A stretch of DNA of 64,000 bases, taken from NCBI GenBank assembly GCA_965649825.1, contig OZ287705.1, forward strand, positions 507,978 through 571,977. The letters are read 5' to 3'. Source of the stretch: Penicillus capitatus (Eukaryota; Plantae; Chlorophyta). Position 1 is the stretch's first letter; the number at the start of each line of letters is the position of its first letter. The position numbers were made by a program, and so were the translations under genes. Positions 1 through 11,437 of the stretch are shown piece by piece. The notes under the pieces were generated by a model, which ran no database searches, was not told where the DNA came from, and saw only the letters and a list, made by a program, of their open reading frames with translations.

Positions 1-2210
1 TTCTCTCCTGACGACACATCCGCCAACTCCGTCCCGTTGAAACTCTCGGTAACGCTCATTGCTTTGACCTTTCATTGAATGGCGGTTCTGTGCCCCGTGA
101 ACAAAACATAGACAACACGCGCGATGGAGGTAAAGAGACACGCGTTTGTTGTTCCGTGCGAGAGCGACTGTATCGCTTTGTAGGAATCGACAACGCCGAG
201 ACCTCCAACCGAAAGCTTGCGCAAGTAAACGCACTGCAGTTACCAGGGCGAAACATTAGCGTGCTGTTTGTGAGCAGGCCAGACGTATTACAGGCAACGC
301 GGTAGAATGACGCGGCAATAACATAGCGCTGTATATTGTTGTTACTGCCTTAGGCCGGAGAGTTTTTGGCAATGACAGAAGCTAGCCGAGACGCTAACCG
401 GGTTATCGGTGTTGACGGATGGACCCAACTTCACGAGGAAACTAAGAATGGAAACATAACATACGTAACGGTGAGCGCGTCTGCTCTAATTCCCACTTCG
501 AACAGTTTCAAACGTAGAGCTTGATCAATACCGGCTCGAAGCCCGACTACAAGGAAGCGAAAGACGGTCGCACTGCACTTCACGTTGCAATAATACACGG
601 ACACAGTGAAATCGTAGAGGTCCGTCGACGCAATATTCTCTGTTTTGACGAATGGTCGTTGAGCAGATCCTCCTTAAAAACGAAGCAAACGTCGATGCGT
701 TGGACAAATTCCGCTCTACTCCAATTCTGTATGCAGCAATGTACGGATGCACAAAATGCGCAGAGGTCCGCTGCGACAACCTTCTCTGTCTTGTCTGTGT
801 TGTGATGAATGGTCGTTGAGTAGATCCTCCTCGAATACAAACCAAACATCAACGCTCCTGACTTATCCAACTCTGCTCCACTTCATTATGCAGTACGGTA
901 TGAAGCCACTGAAATCGTAAAGGTCTGTCGACCCAACCTTCTCTGTCTTTTCTGTGTTGTGATGAATGGTTGTCGAATAGATGCTCCTTGAACACGACGC
1001 AAACGTCAACCCTCTTGACGGATATCACAGGGCCCCACTTCATTATGCAGCAAGTTGGGGGCGCACTGAAATCGTAAAGGTCCGCCGACACATCATTCTC
1101 TGTTTTGTGGCAAATGGCCGTTGAGTAGATTTTCCTTGAACACTGTGAAAGAATGGCGCAATTCTGACAGAACAGTGATGGGACGTCTCTGTAATGGTGA
1201 CCTTTCTGTCACTTAGCGCTTGTCGCGTCTTTGGCCGTGTGACGTAACCGTCACTGCTGAATCGCAAACAAGTCGTGATGACTGGGAGTGAATTCTTGAG
1301 AAGTTCCTAAGAAACTTCTAGAAGTTCATACTGAATTACCTGGTTTCAGTGGGAACCTCATTGCGAACTCACTCTTAGAATTCAGCTGATTTTCCTGTCG
1401 TCACATCAGGGTCGGAGTATTTAAGCAAGGCTTTGACACAGAAAAACACCTTTCGATTAAACATCAAAGTTTACACTTGTGTTCTGAATCGCATACAATC
1501 TGTCAAAACATTCGCTGTCTATTCCCAAAGTTGCAACAAGTCGCTCTTTGCTGCAAAGCTGTTTGTGTGGCCTCCGAACTTTCGCCCATCCTCATCCAAT
1601 TTCAAGACTTCCGCTGCGTTTGTGAGATGAGCCAACACGGGAACGACTCCGGCAACAATGCTCCACCTCCACCTCCCGGCCAAGGCGAGGGAGAAATACG
1701 TGTCGTCCAAGCCGAGGACGTCGAGAGGGAGGTACAGGAAGAGGGTGCCGGAGGGAGTTCTTCACAAACACCACGCAGACATCGAGGTGAGGGATGATGA
1801 GGGACAAACTCCACTACATCACTCAGCAACTTGGGGGTACACTAGAATAATAAAGGTCCGCCGACTCAAACCCTACTGTTTTGTGACTAATGGCCGTTGA
1901 GTAGATGCTCTTTGAACACAACGCAAACACCGAGGCGAAGACCAAAGAAGGATGGACTCCACTTCATCTTACAGCAAAGAATGCTCAATATGAAAGCGCA
2001 AAGGTACCTACCTCGCCGGATTTGCTCGGATCATGGGTATACTTGCTTATGACACAGGTGCTAGTTGACAATGGTGCATCCAAGTTGGCTAAGGACGACA
2101 AAGGTCATACTCCTTATGACGTCATATGTGATGATTCAGAAAGAATTTGTTTTGCGTTAAAACTTCGACCTCCGCTCAAGAGCCTGTTGAAACCGACCGA
2201 AAAGAAATAA
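1..2210 (+). pseudogene. ANK-1: secreted-type ankyrin-repeat gene (5' end outside window), disrupted by a solo-LTR-like insertion
   Basis: Exons rebuilt at GT..AG: exon-2 remnant 1-48 (FSPDDTSANSVPLKLS), linker micro-exons, N-cap exon ending GVDGWTQLHEETKNGNITYVT, and 99-102 nt repeat exons 518-619, 667-765, 824-922, 981-1079, 1129-1855 (split by the insertion) and 1905-2003. Terminal exon 2058-2210 (VLVDNGASK...TPYDVICDDSERIC...TEKK*). Homologous exon-for-exon to ANK-A/B/C. The first micro-exon acceptor reads CAA where ANK-B has CAG. Confidence 0.85.
1144..1766. mobile_element. Solo LTR-like insertion (623 bp) with 5-bp target-site duplication
   Basis: Begins TGTGAAAGAA and ends TTCTTCACA (TG...CA, imperfect terminal inverted repeat). 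Flanked by AACAC at 1139-1143 and 1767-1771. Removing the insert plus one AACAC restores a perfect 33-aa ankyrin exon [37 protein letters not shown]-like TATTTAA at 1418-1424. Confidence 0.85.
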
Positions 2211-4084
2211 AGCGCGTGATCCATGACATTTCTAGCATACACCTGCTGCTGTCTATTCTTGGTTTATTATCCACGTGCCAGACATCTCTAATTCGATTGT
2301 ACCTGTTGTTATGTGACCACTCCAGCTGTTAGCTTTGCATGAGATTGTTTAATAATTAAAGTGTGTTACTGTGCGAGGCAAAGTTACGCGCATCTCGTAT
2401 CGAGTGCGACAAACTGCCGCGTGTTTGCGAAAATCTGTTCTCGGATGACATGGTTTTGTTTCTGTTGGCTCTTCTGGACGCCGTAAGTTAGCACAGGTTA
2501 CGACAGTGTTCATCTGATCGGCCACTCTGTATTGCAAGATCATTCCAGTGATTGGATTTAGTCAAACGAGTTACCTGGCAAGGGTCTCGCTGTCTGTGCC
2601 GACAGGCAGGAGATGTGATCGTATTCACCTCTGACATAGAGCGCACTAGGACGCAGAGTTCAGAGGGGGAGGCTATAGACAACGCTTATCCACCGTGACG
2701 CTAGACAACGCCGAACGTCTCTAGAAGACTAGTTTGCGGGTGACGCTGCGCCCCTCTCTACGCTACACAGTCACTACGAAGTTTGTTACATCTGTGTGCT
2801 GTCGACAGTGCTTTAGCGTAATCCACTTGATGATAGATACACCGCGAATAAACGCAATGCAAACCGCACTGCTTTCCTAACCTCGCGGAAACAACGCTGT
2901 CTGCAGAACGTGTCGATCCTCCTGCTTGACATAAAGGTACAACGACCTCGACAGATTGCCGAGATTCGCACAGCATATCACCTGCTGGCATTAGATGTAC
3001 ATAGCACGAATAATGACGCTGGCAAGTGCAAAACATTGACAGGGATGTGCAAGTAAGGTAGGTGTCTGGTTCGGCCAGCGCGGACAGTGCGCAGAAGAAC
3101 TACAAGTTCATGTCTGGCGCAGAGAAAACGCGCTCTCTTGTCTGAGGTACGTGGCGCCAGACAGCGTTCATATTCGACCGCGTTGCTGGAGAGAGGCGCA
3201 AACGTCATCGCGACGTGCGCAGAGTAGAAGCACCAACAGACTGCAGCATTTCTGTGGCCTTCCGAGACACGAGTCCTTTCTGTATGTACCTGTTAAATCG
3301 ACATAGCGCGCATCTCTTTGCGCGCGTCCGCCATCGAGCGCTCTTCTGTCGATCATGTAAAAACGAAACACGCAGGCGCGTTGCCAAGACGCTTACAGCG
3401 CAAAGGATAATAACAACGCGCAACAGGCAAAGGATGCCTGAGTACAGGCGCAAAAGATTCAACGCCACATCGCAAAACGGTCTGACTTTTATATCCCGGC
3501 TGCTCAGTAAACAGCAATCGTCGAGCCGCCTCGATCCGAATACGTTTCCGTGCCATTCTCAGATCAATTGAGGCAGCGAGGCACCAGACTTTCCGAATGG
3601 CCTGGTGCCAATGCAACGCGACAAGCATATAGATTCTGTCGACCACTTCCGCTTGTGTCGTGTTCGGTTCGCCGTTGTCATGTTTTGTCTGCATCCCGAT
3701 ACAAGTAAAAACTCTCTCGCCATCGCAGGTCTTCTTGTCGTCTTCAGCGGAATTTAATCCCACTCGACGCGCATTTCGGCACAGATAACGACACCCTCGC
3801 CAGGCAACACAGCTGACGACGTCACATGATAGGAGTCGTCTTGCGATACAGAGTAACTCATCGAGCGAACAGACTCTTAGTTCGTGGGTGCCTTACCGCG
3901 TTCAAAGGCCAGTAGACACAAGACCATCATCCAGTCACGACAGTTCTTTACCAAAACTGAGTCGTCTGTCTACAGCAGCCGCATCCGATGCGAAACGCGC
4001 GTAACCATGCGTCGCACAACAAACTTCAATCATTAAACACTGTTCAGCGTTGCAAGTTGAGATGGAGCTTTACGTACAGCACCA

Positions 4085-7000
4085 TCAAATTGGGGAACTA
4101 GAACATGTCTGGCATGTAGATGACAGACCAAGAATATACAGCAGGATTGTGCATGATAGAAACGCCATGAATCTTGCACTCTCCCAATAAGGATACAAGA
4201 GAAACTCGAGCTTAGCTCGAGTACTGATAGAGCACGAAACAAAACCATCAGAGCATATGCGATCGTATGGAGTGCGACCACTGTCGTCTTCAGCCAACTT
4301 GGACGCACCGCCAGCAAGTAGTACCTGTACCATATGACAACTGTACCCAAGATTCAAACGATTCTGTGGTGTACCTCTACGACTTCAACCACACCGTAAT
4401 CTGCCGCCCAATGAAGTGGAGTAGAGCCATACGTGGTTTTGGCTTCGATGTTTGCGCCACGGTCAAGCAGGACCTTCGACAGACAACGATTCTTCATAGA
4501 CAGCGAACATTGCGTCGACTAACCTTTATGGCTTCGACTTGTTTTTTCGCTACTGCTTGATGAAGTGGAGTAGTCTCTCCTTTGTTTTTGGATTCGATAT
4601 TCGCGCCACGGTCAAGGAGGACCTTTGTTGACCACCATTCTTCACGAGACGGCGAAGATTGCGTTGACAAACCTTTATGACGTCGACGCATCCTCCCATT
4701 GCTGCTTGATGAAGTGGAGTAGTCTCTCCTTTGTTTTTGGATTCGATGTTCGCACCACGGTCAAGGAGAACCTTCGACGTCGGCCAATCGTCAGAAAAGG
4801 TTGATGACTGCGTCTTCTGACCTTTACGATTCCAACCTGGTCATGATATGCTGCCAAATGAAGTGGAGTTGCGTTGCTTGAGCTTTTTGCCTCGATATCT
4901 GCGCCTCGGTCAAGAAGGACCTTCGGCAGACGACCATTCGTCAGAAAAGGTTGATAACTGTGTCGACAGACCTTTACGGCTTCGACTTCTCCGTACGCTG
5001 CCGCTAAATGAAGTGGAGTTGAGCCGTATTTATCTGTCTTGGCCTTGATATCCGCAGCGCGGTCAAGCAAAACCTTCGTTGACGAAAATTCTGCACGACA
5101 CAGAAGGTTGCGTCTACGGACCTTTATGGCTTCAACGCATCCTTCCTTTGCAGCACAATGAAGTGGAGTAGAGCCTCCTTCCTTTTTGGCTTCGATGTTC
5201 GCGCCACGGTCTAGGAGGACCTTAATTGACGAGAATTCTGCACGACACAGCGAAGGTTGCGTCTACGGACCTTTATGACTTCAACGCATCCTTCTTTTGC
5301 AGCATAATGAAGTGGAGTTGCGCCGCTTGAGCTTTTGGCCTCGATATCTGCGCCTAGGTCGAGAAGGACCTTTGGCAGACGACCATTCGTCAGAAAAGGT
5401 TGATAACTGCGTCGACAGACCTTTACGGCTTTGACTTCTCCCCACTCTGCCGCCCAATGAAGTGGAGTTGAGCCGTATTTATCGGTCTTGGCGTTGATAT
5501 CCGCACCGCGGTGAAGCAAGACCTTCGTTGACGAGAATTCTGCACGACACAGCGAAGGTTGCGTCTACGGACCTTTATGGCTTCAACGCATCCTTCGTTT
5601 GCAGCATAATGAAGTGGAGTTGCGCCGCTTGAGCTTTTTGCCTCGATATCTGCGCCTAGGTCAAGAAGAACCTTCGGCAGACGACCATTCGTCAGAAAAG
5701 GTTGATAACTGTGTCGACAGACCTTTACGGCTTCGACTTCTCCCCACGCTGCCGCCCAATGAAGTGGAGTTGCGCCGTGTTTATCTGTCTTGGCCTTTAT
5801 ATCCGCACCGCGGTCAAGCAAGACCTTCGTTGACGAGAATTCTGCACGACACAGCAAAGGTTGCGTCTACGGACCTTTATGACTTCAACGCATCCTTCCT
5901 TTGCAGCATAATGAAGTGGAGTTGCGCCGCTTGAGCTTTTTGCCTCGATATCTGCGCCTAGGTCGAGAAGGACCTTTGGCAGACGACCATTCGTCAGAAA
6001 AGGTTGATAACTGCGTCGACAGACCTTTACGGCTTCGACTTCTCCCCACTCTGCCGCCCAATGAAGTGGAGTTGCCCCGTATATATCTGTCTTGGCCTTT
6101 ATATCCGCGCCACAGTCAAGCAAGACCTTCGGCAGACGACCATTCGTCAGAAAAGGTTGATAACTGTGTCGACAGACCTTTACGGCTTCGACTTCTCCCC
6201 ACGCTGCCGCCCAATGAAGTGGAGTTGCGCCGTGTTTATCTGTCTTGGCCTTTATATCCGCACCGCGGTCAAGCAAGACCTTCGTTGACGAGAATTCTGC
6301 ACGACACAGCGAAGGTTGCGTCTACGGACCTTTATGACTTCAACGCATCCTTCCTTTGCAGCATAATGAAGTGGAGTTGCGCCGCTTGAGCTTTTTGCCT
6401 CGATATCTGCGCCTAGGTCGAGAAGGACCTTTGGCAGACGACCATTCGTCAGAAAAGGTTGATAACTGCGTCGACAGACCTTTACGGCTTCGACTTCTCC
6501 CCACTCTGCCGCCCAATGAAGTGGAGTTGCCCCGTATTTATCTTCCTTAGCCTCGATATCCGCACCGCGGTCAAGCAAGACCTTCGAGGTCGACCATTCG
6601 TCAGAAAACATGAACAAGTGCGTCGACAGACCTTCACGGCTTCAACTTTTCCGTACGCTGCTGCTTGATGGAGTGGAGTCGAGCTGTAGTCATCTGTCTT
6701 GGCTTCGATATCCGCGCCACGGTCAAGCATGACCTTCGTTGAAGAGAGTTTTGCACGACACAGCAAAGACTGAGCCGGTGGACCTTTATGGCTTCAACAT
6801 TTCCGGTCGCTGCTGCTTGATGAAGTGGAGTCCAGCCGCTATTGTCTGCAGTTTCGACGTCTGCGAGCTGGTAAAGGTGAAACTGTGTCCACAGTTGTGA
6901 CCATGGAAATCTGATTTGGTTTGCACACACCTTCTCGAGTCCATTACTTCCATCCGCAGCCCTCTTATGAAGTCGAGCCTGCCTGTCGATTCCGACAGCC

Positions 7001-7516
7001 TTATTGTCTGTTCTTTGCCCAAGGGCGCCCTATGTCAGTAAAAACGATCCGAGGCGTTGTGTTACAGACGCTCTATTTTACGTGGTAGGTTTTCTGAATT
7101 CCGGTTTCTCCCTGCACAAGAACATCGCGCTGGTTTCTCGACGACGCTAACCGCACCTCAGTCGTTCTTCGGATCTTTACGTCTGCAGCTTCTTTGTGTT
7201 TCGTTCCTGGAATCAAGACAGCTGCGCGCACAAGGAACAACACATGCGGGCCTTGTTACCCCGACGCGCATAGTCGCCGCTCTGAGGATGGGCATCGGAG
7301 CCGCCATTTAGTCAAGATGCCAGTACAACACGAGTCCTACCTCGGGTCTGGAGAAGACGGAGTTGGCGAACGCGTCGTCTGTAAGGAAGTCTGCTCAGCA
7401 GAAGACACTGCCGTCGACACAGATGCATGACCGACGACGGTACCGCGGCTGCCCGTCGACTCGAGCGGCGCAAAGAGCAGAAGGCAGAGGCACGTGTGTA
7501 GAACGGTGCACTTCAT
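4085..7516 (-). CDS. ANK-A: signal peptide + N-cap + 17 internal ankyrin-repeat exons + C-cap with hydrophobic tail (about 24 exons, ~750 aa)
   Basis: ATG 7516 (MKCTVLHTCLCLLLFAPLESTGSR). Exons 7516-7444 and 7390-7341, micro-exons 7281-7248, 7206-7181 and 7111-7082, N-cap 7029-6931, then 17 exons of 99/102 nt from 6882 to 4375, each one ankyrin repeat (VLLDRGADIEAK..GxTPLHxAAxxGxVEAVK). Terminal exon 4324-4085. All repeat introns are phase 0 and 48-51 nt. Confidence 0.9.
4474..6783 (-). repeat. Tandem exon+intron cassette array (~150-bp units, 302-bp higher-order dimer)
   Basis: Two near-identical intron types (50-nt GTCCGTAGACGCAACC...CAACGAAG; 51-nt GTCTGTCGAC..AGTTATCAACC...TGCC(G/A)AAG) recur with 99- and 102-nt exons. 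Exons 6428-6330, 5973-5875 and 5369-5271 encode identical peptides. Confidence 0.9.
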
Positions 7517-7849
7517 GTTTTTGCGCGAGCGTCAGAGGCACTGCGAAGAATCGTTCAGTCGTGTTGAAACGCGAGGTTTGGAACAAAACACACACGACGA
7601 TTCAGATTCAGAATTTGAATTTGAATTTGTAGGCTGTCCGCGCTGTCACGGGAATCTACAGGACATCGCCTGCATTCCTTCAAGGCTATTTGCGGAAGTA
7701 ACCTAACGGCAGCAAGCCTCGGGCGTCCGGTTTCTGAGGAGGCGGAGCGCGGAAAGGCGACCTGACGGCGTCCAAGCTTGCCTGAGGCCCTTCGCCGTTG
7801 TTCGTACTTGCATCCGCTGACCGTCCGCAGTTCGTCGTCTGACTGCGAC

Positions 7850-8450
7850 ATGGGCATCATTCGATTACGTTCAAGCGATCTCTTACCTGTCGAAGCTGTC
7901 GCAGGCGACAACAGCCTGAGAAGACTCCGCGTCGTCGTCCTGGCGAAAAGATCGTCTCTGCGCAACGGAGGCGAACATCGAATGGACTGTCCAAATGGAC
8001 ATTTAAAGGGTCATCCTGCTGCCAGCTGAACATGAACTGGTTCTCCACTGCGCCTCTGCGGCGCATCGCGTACGTTTAAGGTATGTATCCAGGGCCTTCT
8101 GCACTGATGTGCTAAGTCGACATTTATCTTAGATTACCTGTACGGAATGCTCGTCATTCGGGAATCTGTGTATCAAGCGATGTGGACAGGAAGGGATGCA
8201 ATTACAACCTTGATGTGATCTCAAGTCTGCCATGTGGTGCAGAAGGCGCTTTTGATTAAGAATAACTAATGCACAGTGAAGGTTGCCTGATGATGTGAAT
8301 CTGGATCCAGACTGAATATGTACAAGACTCGATCTTTTACATGCAACTGACTGTTCATGCTGGCACTGCTGTCTGTTCGTCCACCGCGATGATTTCCATC
8401 AAACTGCGATGTGCTGTTTGGCTTCACCATCCTTGCTAACGACACCGTCT
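7850..8450 (+). CDS. 5' part of a divergently oriented partner gene of unknown function (MGII... family); may continue to ~10.8 kb or be decayed
   Basis: ATG 7850 (MGIIRLRSSDLL...LRRLRVVVLAKRSSLR). The segment ~7620-8410 is homologous to ~40350-41150, and its first part to 11300-11660 (inverted). The exon structure and even the coding strand of the distal part are not resolved. Confidence 0.35.
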
Positions 8451-10916
8451 CGCCGGTATCATGGCAACTCCGTCATCATGCGATTGAGCATACACCCCAG
8501 CACCACTAGTATAGAGCCTCTAAGGACTGACTGCCTGTCGTTTTCTGCCTTTCTCTCGAGAATGACTTGTCGTTTCAGCGGATCGCCATTCCCTAGCAAC
8601 CAATCTCCTAGGCGCTGTTCTCCTCGAAAACGTCTCTTGACAGGACTGCTGTCGTATCATCCTCCTCTGTCGAGCGCTCTTCTGAGACTGTATGTATGAG
8701 CTGACAACTGTCGAAGATGCAGCTTCGCGCTGCTGACGGTGGACAGAGAAGGATGATACGACAGCATCTCGGAGCTCCGCGTGGAAGCTCCTGTGGCAAA
8801 CACACTTCTGGCAGAGTGCCTACAGTCCTGTGCTGTGCAAGATACATGCAGGAACGCGCCGTCCTTTGACTGCTATCAGAAAATCACTCACGGTCACACT
8901 CGGACTCTCCCACCGAGGCCTCAATTGGAGGATTGGCACTCTGTTGACTGCAGGAGAGGTGACTGACTCAAGGGTCATCGCAGTCTTGTCAGACGAATAC
9001 CTTCCGCTCCGTCGTGGGTAGCACGCGACACGTCGCCACGGAGAGGTAGGTGTTCGTTCTGTTTCTGCGGCCCTTCCATCCGCGCCACTTCATATCCTTT
9101 TTCCCTTGCGAGTGCGGTCTGGCATGGGACAGGTGGCATGAATGGGCTGTTTTGGGGAGAGCGCTCAACCGCGACTGTCGCATTTCGGCTGCCGTGATGT
9201 TGAGCAACTCCCGAAGAGGAGAAGAACGTCGACGGAAGCATGTGACTGTTGCCTTCGCGAATACGGATCTCCGAATCCGGGTAACTGATGGTCACTTGAA
9301 GCGTCGAAATGGATTGCCTCCGAGGCAGAAGGACTGGAAGTCTCCGACACCCGAATAGAATGTTGCCGGCCCGTCCACGTGCCGTTCCTGATCAGGATTC
9401 GAACTTACCAGAAGCATCAAAGATGCCGGCCGCATTGCTTATGCCTTTGGCGGAAGTGCAGACGGTATCACTACGCCCCAATTGGCTCTCAACAGATCGA
9501 CTTTTGAGTGCAATGAAAGAAGCACACCGTTGATATCGCGCAGAGGAGACGGCTGAAACTTCAAGGTCCTCCTCCGAACCATAGCTCCGCAGAATGATAC
9601 GAAGAGGTGTTCCCAGAAGAGCACAAGACGGATAGGATCATCGATCAAGGCGTCAACGTGTGTCGGACGACGTTTCGTTAGCCGTACGGTGATGAATGCG
9701 TGGAAGGAAGCCGAATCTAACGTCGTCACGGGTGCCGAATAGAATGGAAAGGAAGCGTTTTGGTCTCTTAAATGTCTTCAAACGGAAGAAGGCTCTGGCA
9801 GTCCATGTAACGACAAACCTTCTGGGGTCACCCTGAGAGGTATGCACAAGCTCGGAACTGACAAGTTCAGAAACACTGCATCGCAGATCTCTTTCGCGAC
9901 GGCATCAGTAGTTTCATTACAGAGCGATTGCAGATCGATAGAGAAATGGAAAAAGGTCTGTCCTTTCTCAACTTGAGAGAGAAGTCTGAAGCAGCGGTCT
10001 ACTCAGCAGAAGTGTGAGCTAGTGCTTGAACTGACTTTTGTGAAAACACTATTGCAGGTGAATCATTCGGGAGATGATGAGTGCGTCGTGGGCAAGCTGT
10101 TCATGTCTTCGGAGGTGTTGGCCAGCTGTCAGACAAGCAATGTGTGTGAGGCACAGGATAAGGCACGGTCACGACATGATTGTATATCGAGGAGAGAATT
10201 GGCCGAGGCGTTATTGGAAGATGAAGAAGGTGTGTTCTTGACGAGATGCAGACATGTTCCTACAGCATTCACCAGCCGCTAGAGAACACAAGGGTAGAGT
10301 TCTATGATTCTTGTCGGTATGTGAGTGGTGGCTGTAGTCATGCATCGTTGTGCAAATGGAAGAAGCAAAAGCAACAATGAATGCCGGAGATCGTAACATT
10401 ATCGATGGCCATTTTGCGAATCGTCAAAGTTTATCAGTGGACACTACCCTGTCTGAGTGCCGTAACGGTCTCTAGTAAAGCAGTCAATTTCTTTTTCGAT
10501 GGCAAAACAGCTTTTTGTTCGGAGTTCGTTACATAAGAGAGCTGTTGCAATGACCGTTTAAACGGGCAATGCCTTGTCAGTATCCGATATCAACGCTGCT
10601 GCAAAACAACATCAAGACGGACAAGAATCCTTCGCACCCAACACAGAAAAAGGAAAAAAAGTGGATATCGTGCAACGCGTGACAGACCAATGCGGCCTGT
10701 CATTATTATTCCCCTGCGTCTTGATGGTCACACATCAACCATTCATCCTTCATATCCACTATAAACACTCGACGAACTGCAGCGGCCATGCCAGCCGCCA
10801 TACTCTCTCTGAAAAAGAATCTGGTCGGCAGACATTGTGATCAAGGCATGTGCCTGTCAAGAGGGAAGTGGACGCACATCCTCGACGTTTTCGTTTCCGA
10901 ACTGATCGGCCAATTC

Positions 10917-11437
10917 TTATGGCAGAAGACCATTGCATCGATCGCAGATGTCGACGCCGCCAATATCGATGTACTGATCGACGAGGCCTCCGCAATTGGG
11001 ATCGTCTGTCTTTGCAGCCAAGCACAGGGGCGTCAAGCTATCGTCGTTTTCGATCGTCGTGTCAGCACCAGAATTCAGGCAGAGCTGCGAAACAGCACCC
11101 CACGGCAGTCTACAGATGTTGATGTACGGAATAGACATACGGCGTTCATGGGCGATTGGCAGAAGCGGCTTGTCGTATGCAAAGGCGTGTCGCCGTTGGC
11201 GTCCGTAACGTCGACGTTGCGTTGGAAACGCTCGGCCTCGATGAGTTCTCGGGCAAAGGTAACGGCATCGAACTGAGCCGCCGAGTGGTCCATTTGGATA
11301 GACCATTCGATGTGGTCTCCGTCTCGCAGAGACGCCCGTTTCGTCTCGACGACGACGGACAGTTCTCTTAGCAGCAGCTGAGCGCAGTGGCTCCGAAAAA
11401 CAAGGACATCTCTCGCTTGTAGGTAAATGATGCCCAT
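10917..11437 (-). CDS. Partner gene with MGII N-terminus and two ankyrin repeats, head-to-head with ANK-D (3' end uncertain)
   Basis: The open frame from ATG 11437 runs MGIIYLQ...IEWSIQMD...NVDVTDANGDTPLHTTSRF. After a GT..AG intron it continues LCLNSGADTTIENDDSLTPLCLAAK. No signal peptide is evident. Confidence 0.55.

Noticed and set aside
2330-4020. Possible gene between the convergent ANK-1 and ANK-A
   Set aside because: No coherent spliced frame or recognisable domain was found.
4474-6783. Repeat-spacer appearance resembling a CRISPR array
   Set aside because: The 'repeats' are GT-AG introns and the 'spacers' are homologous ankyrin exons; the context is eukaryotic and there are no cas genes.
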